DNA of 64,000 nucleotides, taken from assembly GCA_944388545.1 (NCBI GenBank), contig CALXJE010000049.1, positions 2,142 through 66,141 of the forward strand. The letters are read 5' to 3'. Below, piece by piece: positions 1 to 10,158 of this stretch (the stretch's first letter is position 1; each line of letters starts with the position of its first letter). Under the pieces are notes generated by a model, which ran no database searches, was not told where the DNA came from, and saw nothing but the letters and a program-made list of their open reading frames with translations. The DNA is from an uncultured Clostridia bacterium. GTDB taxonomy: Bacteria; Bacillota; Clostridia; TANB77; CAG-465. The translations under genes and the position numbers were made by a program.

Positions 1-914
1 CTGGAAAAACAGACCTTGGAATAGATATTTCAAAAGCTTTAAATGGAGAGATTATATCAGCAGATTCTATGCAAATATATAAAGATTTAAATATAGGCAC
101 TGCTAAAGCAACAAAAGAAGAACAAAGAGAGATAAAACATCATTTAATAGATATTTGTGATATAACAGAAGAGTTTAATGTTAGTGATTATAAAAAACTT
201 TGTTATGAAAAAATCGAGAAGCTAGTTCAAAATGGAAAAGTGCCAGTAATTGTTGGTGGCACAGGACTATATATAAATGCAGTTGTTAACAATATGAATT
301 TTGATGATTATATAAATAGTAAGCAGTATAACCATCAAAAAATTAAAAGCAGGGAAAGACTAAAAAAAATATTAGAAGAAAAAGGTAAAGAATATTTATA
401 TAATATGCTTGTAAAACTAGACAAACATGCGGCAGAGAATATACATATGAACAATACAAGAAGGGTTATAAGAGCAATAGAGTTAGCAGAAGAAGGCAAT
501 TTTAAAGGTAACATAGAAAAAAGAAATGATTTATGGAATAAGAATGATAGTCCATATGAATTTATCATTGTATATATAGATATTCCTAGAGAAAAGTTGT
601 ATGATAGAATAAATACAAGAGTGGATATGATGGTAAATTTAGGAGTTTTAGATGAGGCAAAAATGTTAAAAAATATGAAACTTGATGAAAATAATACAGC
701 ACTTCAAGCTATTGGATATAAAGAGTTTTTTAACTATATAGATGGAAAAGAAAGTTTAGAAGAAGCTTTAACTAAACTAAAACAAAGTACTAGAAGATAT
801 GCAAAAAGGCAGGTGACGTGGTTTAAAAAACTAAATTGTGATATTATATTTAATGATAATATTACAAAACAAGAATTGATTGATAGATTAAAGAGGATGA
901 TATATGAAAAATAA
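1..914 (+). CDS. miaA: tRNA dimethylallyltransferase; 5' end lies upstream of the window
   Basis: Frame is open from nt 3 (GKTDLGIDISKAL..EIISADSMQIYKDLNIGTAK; RRYAKRQVTWFK), typical MiaA motifs. Confidence 0.9.
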   Translation, partial: GKTDLGIDISKALNGEIISADSMQIYKDLNIGTAKATKEEQREIKHHLIDICDITEEFNVSDYKKLCYEKIEKLVQNGKVPVIVGGTGLYINAVVNNMNFDDYINSKQYNHQKIKSRERLKKILEEKGKEYLYNMLVKLDKHAAENIHMNNTRRVIRAIELAEEGNFKGNIEKRNDLWNKNDSPYEFIIVYIDIPREKLYDRINTRVDMMVNLGVLDEAKMLKNMKLDENNTALQAIGYKEFFNYIDGKESLEEALTKLKQSTRRYAKRQVTWFKKLNCDIIFNDNITKQELIDRLKRMIYEK

Positions 915-2106
915 AAAAGAAAATGCAAATAATAAATTTATTAAAAATTCATCTAAAGTATATTTTTTAGTGGCTGTCTTTTTCGTTATAATAGTATCAA
1001 TAATATTATATAAAATGTACAATAATGAAGAGAAATATTTAGTTAATGAGGGCGTAATTGAATACACTACATCATGTGTTGGTTTTGTTATAAAAGATGA
1101 AACGGTAATGACTGTAGATAGTAGTAAAATATTAGTGCCTACTGTTACAGAGGGATCTAGAGTTTCAAAAAATAATATAATAGCAACATACAGAGGTGCT
1201 GAGTATCAAGATTATCAAAAAAAGATACAGGAATTAGATGCACAAATTTTAGAAGCTATGGAAGATATTGAAGTAGAATATTCTATAGATGTAAATAATT
1301 TAGAAACTCAAGTAGTAAATGCTGTAATGAATGCTCAAGGAACATCCTCTATGGTGGAAATGCAAGAATACAAGAATAGTATAAATGATTTGCTTAGTAA
1401 AAGAGCTTCAATAATAGGAGAACTTAGCCCAGAAGATGCTTATGTAAAAGATCTTATAGCAAGAAGGGAAAAGCTAGAAAGCGAATTAAAAACGTCGTCT
1501 TCAAATATAAAGGCAGAAACAGGAGGAATAATATCATATACTACAGACGGACTTGAAGATAAATTGACTAAAGAGACAATAACAAAATTAAATTATGAAG
1601 ATGTAAAAGATCTTGTAAGTAAAAAAGATAAGACATCTCCAAATAAAATAAGGATAACAAGTAATTATGAAGCATATATTCTCGTAAGAGTGGATAATGT
1701 GGATAGAAGCTATATAAAAGAAGGAGATAAATATGTTCTTAAAATAATGGGAGCAGAGTTAAGCATGCTAGAAGGAGAGATAACTAATGTTGTAGAGACA
1801 GAACAAGGATATGAAGTATTGTTTAGAGTTACAAATGGTATTGAAAATATTGTAGATAGTAGAGAATGTGAAGTAGAAGTAGTTTGGACAACTTATGAAG
1901 GTTTAGTAGTTCCAATAAAGGCTATAAAAAAAGACAAAGAAGGAAAAACATACGTTAAAATAATTACAAGAGGTGAATATGTAGATATACCAATTAAAAT
2001 AGAACAACAAAACAAAACTTATGCAATAGTTTCAAATTATGAAAAAGAAAATATAAATGATTATATTCTAGAAAGATATGATCAAGTTGTAATGCAAGGA
2101 AATTAA
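904..2106 (+). CDS. membrane-anchored coiled-coil protein, HlyD/membrane-fusion-like (tentative)
   Basis: 400-aa ORF with N-terminal TM helix, central coiled-coil (QELDAQILEAMEDIE...) and C-terminal beta-rich part; overlaps miaA end by 11 nt. Confidence 0.4.
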   Translation: MKNKKENANNKFIKNSSKVYFLVAVFFVIIVSIILYKMYNNEEKYLVNEGVIEYTTSCVGFVIKDETVMTVDSSKILVPTVTEGSRVSKNNIIATYRGAEYQDYQKKIQELDAQILEAMEDIEVEYSIDVNNLETQVVNAVMNAQGTSSMVEMQEYKNSINDLLSKRASIIGELSPEDAYVKDLIARREKLESELKTSSSNIKAETGGIISYTTDGLEDKLTKETITKLNYEDVKDLVSKKDKTSPNKIRITSNYEAYILVRVDNVDRSYIKEGDKYVLKIMGAELSMLEGEITNVVETEQGYEVLFRVTNGIENIVDSRECEVEVVWTTYEGLVVPIKAIKKDKEGKTYVKIITRGEYVDIPIKIEQQNKTYAIVSNYEKENINDYILERYDQVVMQGN

Positions 2107-2228
2107 TATTATTAAAATATTACAAAAATATTAAAAAACAAGAAAAATATAATAAAAAGTAATAATTTTATTGACATATTGGGGAAGTCATTATATAACA
2201 TTGATATAAAAAACTTTTGGAGGTATAT

Positions 2229-2750
2229 ATGAGCGCGGCAATATTAAACAAATTTTTAGAAGTATTAGGAATATCTGAAGAAGAGGAAGAAGAGGATATT
2301 GATATGGAAAGAGAATATGAAGATGTAGAAGAAAAAGATACATACGAAAGACCAGCAAGAGCAGGTTATTTCTCAAAACATGAATCAAGAAAAGAATATG
2401 AAGATGAGGCTGTTTCTAAATCAAGACTTCAGACAAAAGTATTGCCTATGACAGGAACGGTATCTACATCTAAAGTTGTTATAACACAACCACAAGCGTA
2501 TGAAGATGTAGAAGAAATAGGAGAATATTTAAAACAAAGAAAGTCAGTAATTGTTAATCTTGAATCAATAAACAAAGATGATGGAAAGCGTATATTAGAC
2601 TTTTTAAGCGGAGCTTCATTCGCGCTAGAAGGAAGTATTCAAAAAGTATCTAATTTGATATATTTAATGACGCCAAAGACTGTAGAGATACAAAATGATA
2701 TAGAAAGAGCGCAATATAGAAGTAAATTATCATTTTCTTGGCTAAAATAA
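2229..2750 (+). CDS. sepF: cell division protein SepF
   Basis: GGAGG RBS then ATG 2229; acidic linker, then VVITQPQAYEDVEEIGEYLKQRKSVIVNLE...ILDFLSGASFALEGSIQKV, the SepF core. Confidence 0.85.
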   Translation: MSAAILNKFLEVLGISEEEEEEDIDMEREYEDVEEKDTYERPARAGYFSKHESRKEYEDEAVSKSRLQTKVLPMTGTVSTSKVVITQPQAYEDVEEIGEYLKQRKSVIVNLESINKDDGKRILDFLSGASFALEGSIQKVSNLIYLMTPKTVEIQNDIERAQYRSKLSFSWLK

Positions 2751-2761
2751 ATTTAGTAATT

Positions 2762-2788
2762 AAGGCAAGCTATGACTTGCCTATTTTT
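2762..2788 (+). terminator. rho-independent terminator after sepF
   Basis: GGCAAG-ctatga-CTTGCC hairpin followed by a T-run. Confidence 0.55.
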
Positions 2789-2812
2789 GTAGATTGATAA
2801 GGGGGAGTGGAA

Positions 2813-3286
2813 ATGTTAACACCAACAGATATAGAAAACAAAGTATTTAAAAAGGTGAAATTTAATGGGTATGACATTGATGATGTAGAAGATTATCTAG
2901 AAAAAATAATAGTTGATTATGAAAAATTATTTAAAGAAAATTTAGAAATGAAAGATAAAGTTGATAATCTTCAAGAGTCAGTTTCATATTATAAATCTAT
3001 TGAACTAGGAATAGATCAAACAGTAGGTAATGCTCAGATGGAAGCAGATACAATAAAAGAAGAAGCAACAAATATGGCAGATAAGATTAAAAAAGATGCT
3101 ATGAAAGAAGTTGCAGAGTATAGAAAAAAAGAAGAAGAGAAAGTTTTAGGACAATTAGATGATATTAAAAAACAAATTATGGCAAAAGAAGTTGAACTAG
3201 AGGAAGTAAAAAAACAAATGCAAATATATAAAGTAAAGACAATAGCAATGTTAGAAGCTCAGATTAAGATATTAAAGGAAGATTAA
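2813..3286 (+). CDS. divIVA: DivIVA-domain cell division protein
   Basis: MLTPTDIENKVFKKVKFNGYDIDDVEDYLEKII N-terminus plus coiled-coil; RBS AAGGGGGAG; ATG 2813 preferred over GTG 2807. Confidence 0.85.
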   Translation: MLTPTDIENKVFKKVKFNGYDIDDVEDYLEKIIVDYEKLFKENLEMKDKVDNLQESVSYYKSIELGIDQTVGNAQMEADTIKEEATNMADKIKKDAMKEVAEYRKKEEEKVLGQLDDIKKQIMAKEVELEEVKKQMQIYKVKTIAMLEAQIKILKED

Positions 3287-3312
3287 TATTAAATAAAAGG
3301 AGAGTATAATAC

Positions 3313-4068
3313 GTGAAGGGGATTCAAGCAACAGCAATAATATTATGGGTTGTTATCTTTGTAATAGCTGCTTTTGTACTAGGACAATTTTTAGTAAGTA
3401 AAAACATCTTTGACATTACTTCATTTATAACATTAAATGATAAAAAAGAGGAAGACTCTGATAATGAAGAAAATATACAAGATGAAATACAAAACGATGT
3501 TGTAATAAATAAAGTTGGTCAAGAAACTGTGAGAATAGGTCAAAATGTGGCAAAAGATTACTTTTCAAACTATTATAGAGAATATATAAATTATGTAATG
3601 CAAGATTCAACCATATATAAATTAGGAGAAAAAATAGCTATTACAAATGATATAGCAAGTGATTATGTGTTTTACGCATTTTCTAAAGGATTAGATACTG
3701 ATAAATATATAAGTAATATTAATAATAACAAGTTAGTTATAACAGAAGCAAATGCTAATTCATTTATAGATAAGATATTTGAACAAGAGATATCAAAAAC
3801 ATATAAAGAAAATAGCAGTAATGGATATAACAAAGAATCAAAAACATATAGTATACAAATAGATAATAGCAAACAAGACTATGTTCAAGAACTTATAAGT
3901 ATGGAAAATATTACATCTAATCAAATGATATTAAAATATGATTGTAAAAAGGTAGTAGAAAAAAATAAAAATACTGAAATTCAGGATCAAAAAGAAATAG
4001 ATATAACAATTGTATACAGAGGTGGAAGATATATAATAACGGAAGTTCAAAAATTAAATAAAGATTAA
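3313..4068 (+). CDS. hypothetical membrane-anchored protein
   Basis: 251-aa ORF, GTG start after AGGAG, one N-terminal TM helix, acidic linker; no family recognised. Confidence 0.5.
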   Translation: MKGIQATAIILWVVIFVIAAFVLGQFLVSKNIFDITSFITLNDKKEEDSDNEENIQDEIQNDVVINKVGQETVRIGQNVAKDYFSNYYREYINYVMQDSTIYKLGEKIAITNDIASDYVFYAFSKGLDTDKYISNINNNKLVITEANANSFIDKIFEQEISKTYKENSSNGYNKESKTYSIQIDNSKQDYVQELISMENITSNQMILKYDCKKVVEKNKNTEIQDQKEIDITIVYRGGRYIITEVQKLNKD

Positions 4069-4184
4069 GAAATAAAGACAATACTTAGATTATACATAAG
4101 AAAAATGTATAAATATTGAGGAACAATATACAAAACAAATAAAATTTAAAACAAAAAACAATAAAATTATATTATATATTAAAA

Positions 4185-4216
4185 GGTTAGCTGTATTAAA
4201 GCTAACTTTTCTTTTT
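4185..4216 (+). terminator. rho-independent terminator
   Basis: GGTTAGC-loop-GCTAACT hairpin then TTTTCTTTTT. Confidence 0.6.
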
Positions 4217-4291
4217 ATTTAGTAAAAGAATAATAATATAAAAAGCAATAAAGCAATTAAAATATTTGAACCCCTTATTTTATCGTTTATC

Positions 4292-4320
4292 TTGACTTTT
4301 TTTTGCTAGGTTGGTAAGAT
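4292..4320 (+). promoter_or_regulatory. sigmaA-type promoter upstream of small ORF and valS
   Basis: TTGACT, 17-nt spacer, TGgTAAGAT (extended -10). Confidence 0.45.
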
Positions 4321-4361
4321 ATATATGTTAAAATATAAATAAAAAGAATAGGTGATATGAA

Positions 4362-4556
4362 ATGTTAGACAAATTAATACTACTTGCAGCTATAATTTTA
4401 CTTTTTATAGGGGTAGTATCCGTCTTTTTAGCACGAGAAATAGTTAGAAAAAAAACAAATGTGAATAATGAAAATGTTATTGTAAGAAATATCAAGATTA
4501 TTGGATTTGTAGTCGTCATTATTTCACTTGTGACGATATATTTTTGTGTGAAATAG
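4362..4556 (+). CDS. small two-TM membrane protein (hypothetical)
   Basis: 64-aa ORF, RBS-like AATAGGTGA, two hydrophobic helices, ends 12 nt before valS. Confidence 0.4.
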   Translation: MLDKLILLAAIILLFIGVVSVFLAREIVRKKTNVNNENVIVRNIKIIGFVVVIISLVTIYFCVK

Positions 4557-4568
4557 GGGGAAAATAAA

Positions 4569-7199
4569 ATGAATATGAATAGTAGATATAATCCTAAGGA
4601 TATAGAAGATAAAATATATAATAATTGGATGGAAAAAGAATACTTTAAGGCTAATGTAAATAAAGAAAAAGAACCATTTACAATAGTTATTCCACCACCA
4701 AATGTAACTGGACAATTACATATGGGACATGCGCTTGATGAAACAATTCAAGATATATTTGTAAGATATAATAGAATGCTTGGAAAAGAAACATTGTGGC
4801 TACCTGGCACTGATCATGCAAGTATTGCAACAGAAAATAAAGTTGTAGAGAAATTAAGAAAAGAAGGAATAACTAAAGAACAGCTAGGCAGAGATGGTTT
4901 TTTAAGAGAAGCTTGGAAATGGAAAGAAAAGTATGGTGGAAGAATACTTGAACAATTAAAAAAACTAGGTTCTTCATGTGACTGGTCAAGAGAAAGATTT
5001 ACAATGGATGAGGGTTTGACAGAAGCAGTTGAACATGTATTTATTAAATTATATGAAAAAGGTTTAATATATAGAGGAGAAAAAATAGTAAATTGGTGTC
5101 CAAAATGTAAGACTTCAATATCAGATAATGAAGTTGAGTATGAAGAAAAGGATTCATTCTTTTGGCATATTAGATATCAAATAGAAGGAACAAACGATTA
5201 TATAGAGATAGCAACAACAAGACCAGAAACTTTACTTGGAGATACAGCTGTAGCAGTTCATCCGGATGATGAAAGATACAAAGAACTAGTTGGAAAAAAT
5301 GTTATATTACCAATAGTTAATAGACTTATACCAATAGTTGCAGATGAATACGTAGAGATGGATTTTGGTACGGGTGTAGTTAAAATAACACCTGCACATG
5401 ATCCAAATGATTTTGAAGTTGGATTAAGACATAACCTTCCTGTAATAAATGTAATGAATGAAGATGCTACTATAGTAGAGGGATATGGAAGATATTCAGG
5501 AATGTCTAGGGAAGATGCAAGAAAAGCGATAGTAGAAGATTTAGAAAAATCAGGTAATCTTATAAAAGTGGAACCGTATAGGCATAATGTAGGGAGTTGT
5601 TATAGATGTAAATCTATAGTAGAACCATACGCATCAAAACAATGGTTTGTAAAGATGAAGGAACTTGCAAAACCTGCTATAGAGGCAGTTAGAAATGGAG
5701 AAGTAAGGTTTATACCGGAAAGATTTGAAAAAATATATTTTAATTGGATGGAAAATATAAAAGACTGGTGTATTTCTAGACAATTATGGTGGGGACATAG
5801 GATACCGGCATATCATTGTGAGGATTGTAAACATATAGAAGTATCTAATAAAAAAGTTGAAATATGTCCACAATGTGGAAGTAAAAATTTACATCAAGAT
5901 GAAGATACTTTAGATACTTGGTTTAGCTCAGCTCTTTGGCCTTTTTCAACTCTTGGTTGGCCACATAAAACAGAAGATTTTGAATATTTTTATCCAACAA
6001 CACTGCTTGTAACAGGTTATGACATTATAACTTTCTGGGTAAGTAAAATGATATTTAGTGGAATTGAGCATACAGGAAAAGTACCATTTAAAGATGTATA
6101 TATTCACGGACTTGTTCGTGACTCTCAAGGAAGAAAAATGTCTAAATCATTAGGTAACGGTGTAGATCCGCTAGAAGTTATAGATAAATATGGAACAGAT
6201 GCATTAAGATTTTCTTTAACTCAAAATATATCTGCAGGAAATGATATAAGATATATGCCTGAAAAGGTTGAAGCTGGTGCAAATTTTGCAAATAAAATAT
6301 GGAATGCTGCAAGATTTAGTTTAAGTTATATAGAAAAGCAAGAAAATGTTGATATAAATATAGATAATCTACTTCCAGAAGATAAGAGGATACTTACAAA
6401 GTTAAATTTAGTTATAAAAGAAGTAACAGATAATATAACAAACTATGAGATTGGAGTTGCACTGCAAACAATATATGACTTTATGTGGGCGGATATTTGT
6501 GATGTATATATAGAAATGTGTAAGCCAAGATTATACGACGAAAACAAAAAAGGATATAAAGAGGCAGTATGTGTACTTAATTATTTGCTTATAAATACAT
6601 TAAAGTTATTACATCCATATATGCCATTTATAACAGAAGAAATATATATGAACTTAATGCACGATGATGAAAGTATAATGATAGCTAAATGGCCAGAAGT
6701 AAATCCTAAATTCAATTTTATAGAAGATAAGAAATTAGTTGATGAGGAATTAGAATGTATAAGACAAATAAGGAATATACGTTCAGAGTCTAATATTCCT
6801 AATAGTAAAAAGACAAAAGCTGTTATAATAAGCAAATCATATAGTAATAAAATTAATGAATCTAAAGATATGATAATGAAAATGGCATATTTAGAAAGTT
6901 TAGATGTTGTAGAAAAATTTGATATAGAAAGCTTGTCTAATATGACAGTAGTTCATACACAAAATATAGATATGTATTTAGATATGACCTCTGTTATAGA
7001 TAAGGATAAAGAAAAAACTAAACTTTTAGAAGATAAAGAAAAAGCTGAAAAAGAACTTGAAAGAGCAAATAAAATGCTTTCAAACGATTCATTTGTTGCA
7101 AAAGCTCCTGAAAAACTTATTTTAGCTGAAAAAGAAAAAGTAAAAAAATATACTGAAATATTAGAAAAAATTGAAGAAAGTTTAGCAAAATTTAATTAA
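4569..7199 (+). CDS. valS: valine--tRNA ligase
   Basis: 876 aa; PPPNVTGQLHMGHAL (HIGH), KMSKSLGN, C-terminal coiled-coil; class Ia ValRS layout. Confidence 0.97.
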   Translation: MNMNSRYNPKDIEDKIYNNWMEKEYFKANVNKEKEPFTIVIPPPNVTGQLHMGHALDETIQDIFVRYNRMLGKETLWLPGTDHASIATENKVVEKLRKEGITKEQLGRDGFLREAWKWKEKYGGRILEQLKKLGSSCDWSRERFTMDEGLTEAVEHVFIKLYEKGLIYRGEKIVNWCPKCKTSISDNEVEYEEKDSFFWHIRYQIEGTNDYIEIATTRPETLLGDTAVAVHPDDERYKELVGKNVILPIVNRLIPIVADEYVEMDFGTGVVKITPAHDPNDFEVGLRHNLPVINVMNEDATIVEGYGRYSGMSREDARKAIVEDLEKSGNLIKVEPYRHNVGSCYRCKSIVEPYASKQWFVKMKELAKPAIEAVRNGEVRFIPERFEKIYFNWMENIKDWCISRQLWWGHRIPAYHCEDCKHIEVSNKKVEICPQCGSKNLHQDEDTLDTWFSSALWPFSTLGWPHKTEDFEYFYPTTLLVTGYDIITFWVSKMIFSGIEHTGKVPFKDVYIHGLVRDSQGRKMSKSLGNGVDPLEVIDKYGTDALRFSLTQNISAGNDIRYMPEKVEAGANFANKIWNAARFSLSYIEKQENVDINIDNLLPEDKRILTKLNLVIKEVTDNITNYEIGVALQTIYDFMWADICDVYIEMCKPRLYDENKKGYKEAVCVLNYLLINTLKLLHPYMPFITEEIYMNLMHDDESIMIAKWPEVNPKFNFIEDKKLVDEELECIRQIRNIRSESNIPNSKKTKAVIISKSYSNKINESKDMIMKMAYLESLDVVEKFDIESLSNMTVVHTQNIDMYLDMTSVIDKDKEKTKLLEDKEKAEKELERANKMLSNDSFVAKAPEKLILAEKEKVKKYTEILEKIEESLAKFN

Positions 7200-7283
7200 A
7201 ATAAAAAGAAGTCCTAATATAAACTACATATATTGACTTTGAGTCTATAAAACGAAGGCAAAATTGCTTTTGGTATAGCAGTA

Positions 7284-7311
7284 AAAGGATGCAAATTTTA
7301 GCATCCTTTTT
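7284..7311 (+). terminator. rho-independent terminator after valS
   Basis: AAAGGATGC-loop-GCATCCTTT followed by Ts. Confidence 0.7.
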
Positions 7312-7337
7312 GCAAATATAAATGAGGTGATAATATT

Positions 7338-7469
7338 ATGAATAAGATAGATTATTTAATAGACTATTTGTTAAATGAAAATAAAAGTATAAAAGTAAAT
7401 GAAAATATAAAATATGATGAACAGAAGAAGAAAATGGGCTTATTGGGCAAAGCATATATATCTAAATAA
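7338..7469 (+). pseudogene. 43-codon remnant resembling the N-terminus of Firmicute macrodomain (ADP-ribose hydrolase) proteins
   Basis: GAGGTGA RBS, MNKIDYLIDYLLNENKSIKV... resembles the RL.YLI.YLL.E start of macro proteins linked to SirTM; stops after 43 codons, no macro domain follows. Confidence 0.3.
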
Positions 7470-8070
7470 TACTGGAATGTCAGGTGCAAAGTTGTATAAA
7501 AATATTTTAAAATTAGTAAAAAATAAAGAGTATTTTGTTATTACTACAAATGTGGATGACCAGTTTTTAAAATCTGGATTTGATAAAGAAAAAATATTTG
7601 CTACGCAAGGAAGTTATAAATATATTCAATGTAGTAAAGCATGTCATAATACTTTGTATGATGATACAGAAATGGTATATAAAATGTTAAAAGCAACTAC
7701 AAATTTAAAAGTTCCAACAGAGCTTGTACCTAAATGTCCTGTATGTGGAGAATATATGGAAGTAAATTTAAGGAAGGACGATTATTTTGTTGAAGACAAC
7801 AAATGGCATCAGCAGCATAAAAAATATAGTGACTTTTTAAATAAATTAGATGGGAAAAGGGTAGTAGTGTTAGAACTAGGAGTTGGATATAATACGCCAG
7901 GAATTATAAGGATACCTTTTGAAAAAATGGTGTATGAAAATAAAAATTGGAATTTAATAAGAATAAATAAAGATAATTGTAGGACACTTTTTGACATAGA
8001 AGATAAATCAGTATTAGTTGAAGATGATATAAATAGAGTAATTGATAAGCTGTTAAATATACAAAAATAA
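7414..8070 (+). pseudogene. 5'-truncated SIR2-family (class M, SirTM-like) sirtuin fragment
   Basis: KWAYWAKHIY..FVITTNVDDQF..ATQGSYKYIQCSKAC..CPVCGEYMEVNLR..LELGVGYNTPGIIR matches the C-terminal two thirds of SirTM-type sirtuins. The N-terminal GAG.S NAD-binding segment is absent, there is no RBS, and it is out of frame with the upstream remnant. Confidence 0.55.
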
Positions 8071-8268
8071 GATTATAAAAAGAGAAATATTGAAGATTAA
8101 ATATCTTTATGATAAACTTGATTTGAACTTAAGTAAAAAGAATATATAACAAGTTAAAAATATACAAGTAATTAATATATTAAAATGGAGAAGAATTTTT
8201 ATCAAAAATACATAAAATATATTACAAAACATTAATATAAAAGCGAAAAAGATATTGTAGAAAGAGAA

Positions 8269-9153
8269 GTGGTAAAAATGTTAGATCTAGTTCAAGTGGG
8301 AGAAAAAACTTATTATATTAAAAATGCTACTAACATAGGTATTTATAAAGAAAATGAAAAAGATGTTTGGTTAATTGATTCTGGAAATGATAAAGATTTA
8401 GGTAAAAAAATATTAAAAATAATAGAAGAAAAGCATTGGAAGGTGAAAGGAATTATCAATACGCATTCTAACGCTGACCATATTGGAGGAAATAGGTTTA
8501 TACAAGGAAAAACAAATTGTCAGATTCTTTCTTATGGAATAGAAAATTATTTTATTAAGTCACCAATTCTAGAGCCTACTTTGTTATACGGAGGATATCC
8601 AATGAAAGAATTAACGAACAAATTTTTAATGGCAAAAGAAAGTGAAGTAGAAAATATAGAAAAATATCGTCCAAAGGAGTTAGAATATTTTAATTTAAAA
8701 GGACACTTTCTTGATATGATAGGAATTAAGACTCCAGATGATATATATTTTTTAGGGGACAGCCTTTTTAGTGAGCAAACTATTGAAAAATATCATATTT
8801 TCTTTATATATGATGTACAAGAGTATTTAAATACATTAGATATGTTACAAAATTTAAATGGAAAATTATATATTCCTTCTCATTGTGAAGCTACTAATGA
8901 TATATCTCATTTAATTCAAATTAATAGAAATAAAATTCATGAAATAGAAGATACAATATTAGAAATTTGTAAAAAGCAACAAACATTTGATAGTTTATTA
9001 AAAAAATTATTTGATAAATATAATTTAAGCTTAAATATCAATCAGTATGTCCTTGTAGGGAGTACAGTAAAATCATATTTGGCTTGGTTAAAAGATAAAA
9101 GCAGAATAGAAATTATCATTAAAGATAATGCATTATTTTGGAAAAGTGTATAA
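8269..9153 (+). CDS. MBL-fold metallo-hydrolase
   Basis: 294-aa ORF, INTHSNADHIGGN (H.H.DH-type metal motif); start may be ATG 8278. Confidence 0.75.
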   Translation: MVKMLDLVQVGEKTYYIKNATNIGIYKENEKDVWLIDSGNDKDLGKKILKIIEEKHWKVKGIINTHSNADHIGGNRFIQGKTNCQILSYGIENYFIKSPILEPTLLYGGYPMKELTNKFLMAKESEVENIEKYRPKELEYFNLKGHFLDMIGIKTPDDIYFLGDSLFSEQTIEKYHIFFIYDVQEYLNTLDMLQNLNGKLYIPSHCEATNDISHLIQINRNKIHEIEDTILEICKKQQTFDSLLKKLFDKYNLSLNINQYVLVGSTVKSYLAWLKDKSRIEIIIKDNALFWKSV

Positions 9154-9160
9154 AAAACTG

Positions 9161-9198
9161 AAAATCAAACTATTTAAGTAATAGATTTGATTTTTTTT
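9161..9198 (+). terminator. rho-independent terminator
   Basis: AAATCAAACTAT-loop-ATAGaTTTGATTT hairpin then T8. Confidence 0.6.
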
Positions 9199-9247
9199 AA
9201 CAAAATAATTAGTAATAAATAAGAAAAAATTTAGAAAGGAGAAAAAA

Positions 9248-10024
9248 TTGAATACGTTAGTAGGTTTATTAATACCATTTATTGGAACGACATTAGGAGC
9301 TTTAATGGTTTTCCTAATAAGAGAAGAAATGAATAAAAAAATAGAAAAGCTTTTATTGGGATTTGCATCGGGTGTTATGATTGCAGCTTCTATATGGTCA
9401 CTTTTAATTCCAGCAATTGATATGGCAGAAAAACAAGGGAAAATAGCATGGATACCAGCAGCGCTTGGTTTTTTATTAGGAATATTTTTTCTATTAACAT
9501 TAGATAGTATAATACCTCATTTACATTTAAAAACAGATAAACCAGAAGGGATTAAAACAAAATTAAAAAAAACTACAATGTTGGTTTTAGCTGTTACACT
9601 TCATAATATACCAGAAGGAATGGCAGTAGGCGTTTTATTTGCTGGGGTATTTACACAAAATAGTGGAATTACATTAGCAGGTGCAATAGCACTTTCTATA
9701 GGAATAGCAATTCAAAACTTTCCAGAAGGAGCTATAATATCAATGCCATTAAAAAATGAAGGGATGTCTAAAACAAAAGCTTTTATTTATGGTGTTCTAT
9801 CAGGAATAGTAGAGCCTATTGCAGCAATTTTTACAATTATTCTTACTAGTACAGTAGTACCAATATTACCATATATTTTATCTTTCGCAGCTGGAGCAAT
9901 GATTTATGTAGTAGTGGAAGAATTAATACCAGAGTCACAAGCAGGCGAACATTCTAATATAGGTACAATAGGAGTAGCAATTGGATTTGTAGTGATGATG
10001 ATTTTAGATGTAGCTTTAGGATAA
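9248..10024 (+). CDS. ZIP-family metal (zinc) transporter, ZupT-like
   Basis: 258 aa, about 8 TM, HNIPEGMAVG and QNFPEGAI signature helices; TTG start after AAAGGAG. Confidence 0.85.
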   Translation: MNTLVGLLIPFIGTTLGALMVFLIREEMNKKIEKLLLGFASGVMIAASIWSLLIPAIDMAEKQGKIAWIPAALGFLLGIFFLLTLDSIIPHLHLKTDKPEGIKTKLKKTTMLVLAVTLHNIPEGMAVGVLFAGVFTQNSGITLAGAIALSIGIAIQNFPEGAIISMPLKNEGMSKTKAFIYGVLSGIVEPIAAIFTIILTSTVVPILPYILSFAAGAMIYVVVEELIPESQAGEHSNIGTIGVAIGFVVMMILDVALG

Positions 10025-10056
10025 AATAAAATATTTGTTCCTCAAATTCGTTATAA

Positions 10057-10085
10057 TTGAAAAAATTTTTAAAATATGCTACAAT
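10057..10085 (+). promoter_or_regulatory. sigmaA-type promoter
   Basis: TTGAAA, 17-nt spacer, TGcTACAAT. Confidence 0.5.
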
Positions 10086-10158
10086 ATTTTTATAATATGT
10101 ATAATAGTTTAGATATTAATATATCTTTTGCTAGTATAATAATTAGGAGAGTGATATT

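Noticed and set aside
335-568. Antisense or alternative-frame ORFs in the supplied track. Examples: 335-568(-), 734-928(-), 14857-15075(+), 18840-19022(+), 19846-20169(-), 20853-21041(+), 25504-25842(-), 26778-27140(-), 28000-28203(+), 41936-42358(-), 44251-44769(-), 46888-47298(-), 53902-54318(-), 56405-56797(-) and similar.
   Set aside because: Each lies wholly inside or opposite a strongly supported conserved gene. They have low-complexity F/L/I/S-rich translations typical of AT-rich shadow frames and have no RBS. I treat them as non-coding.
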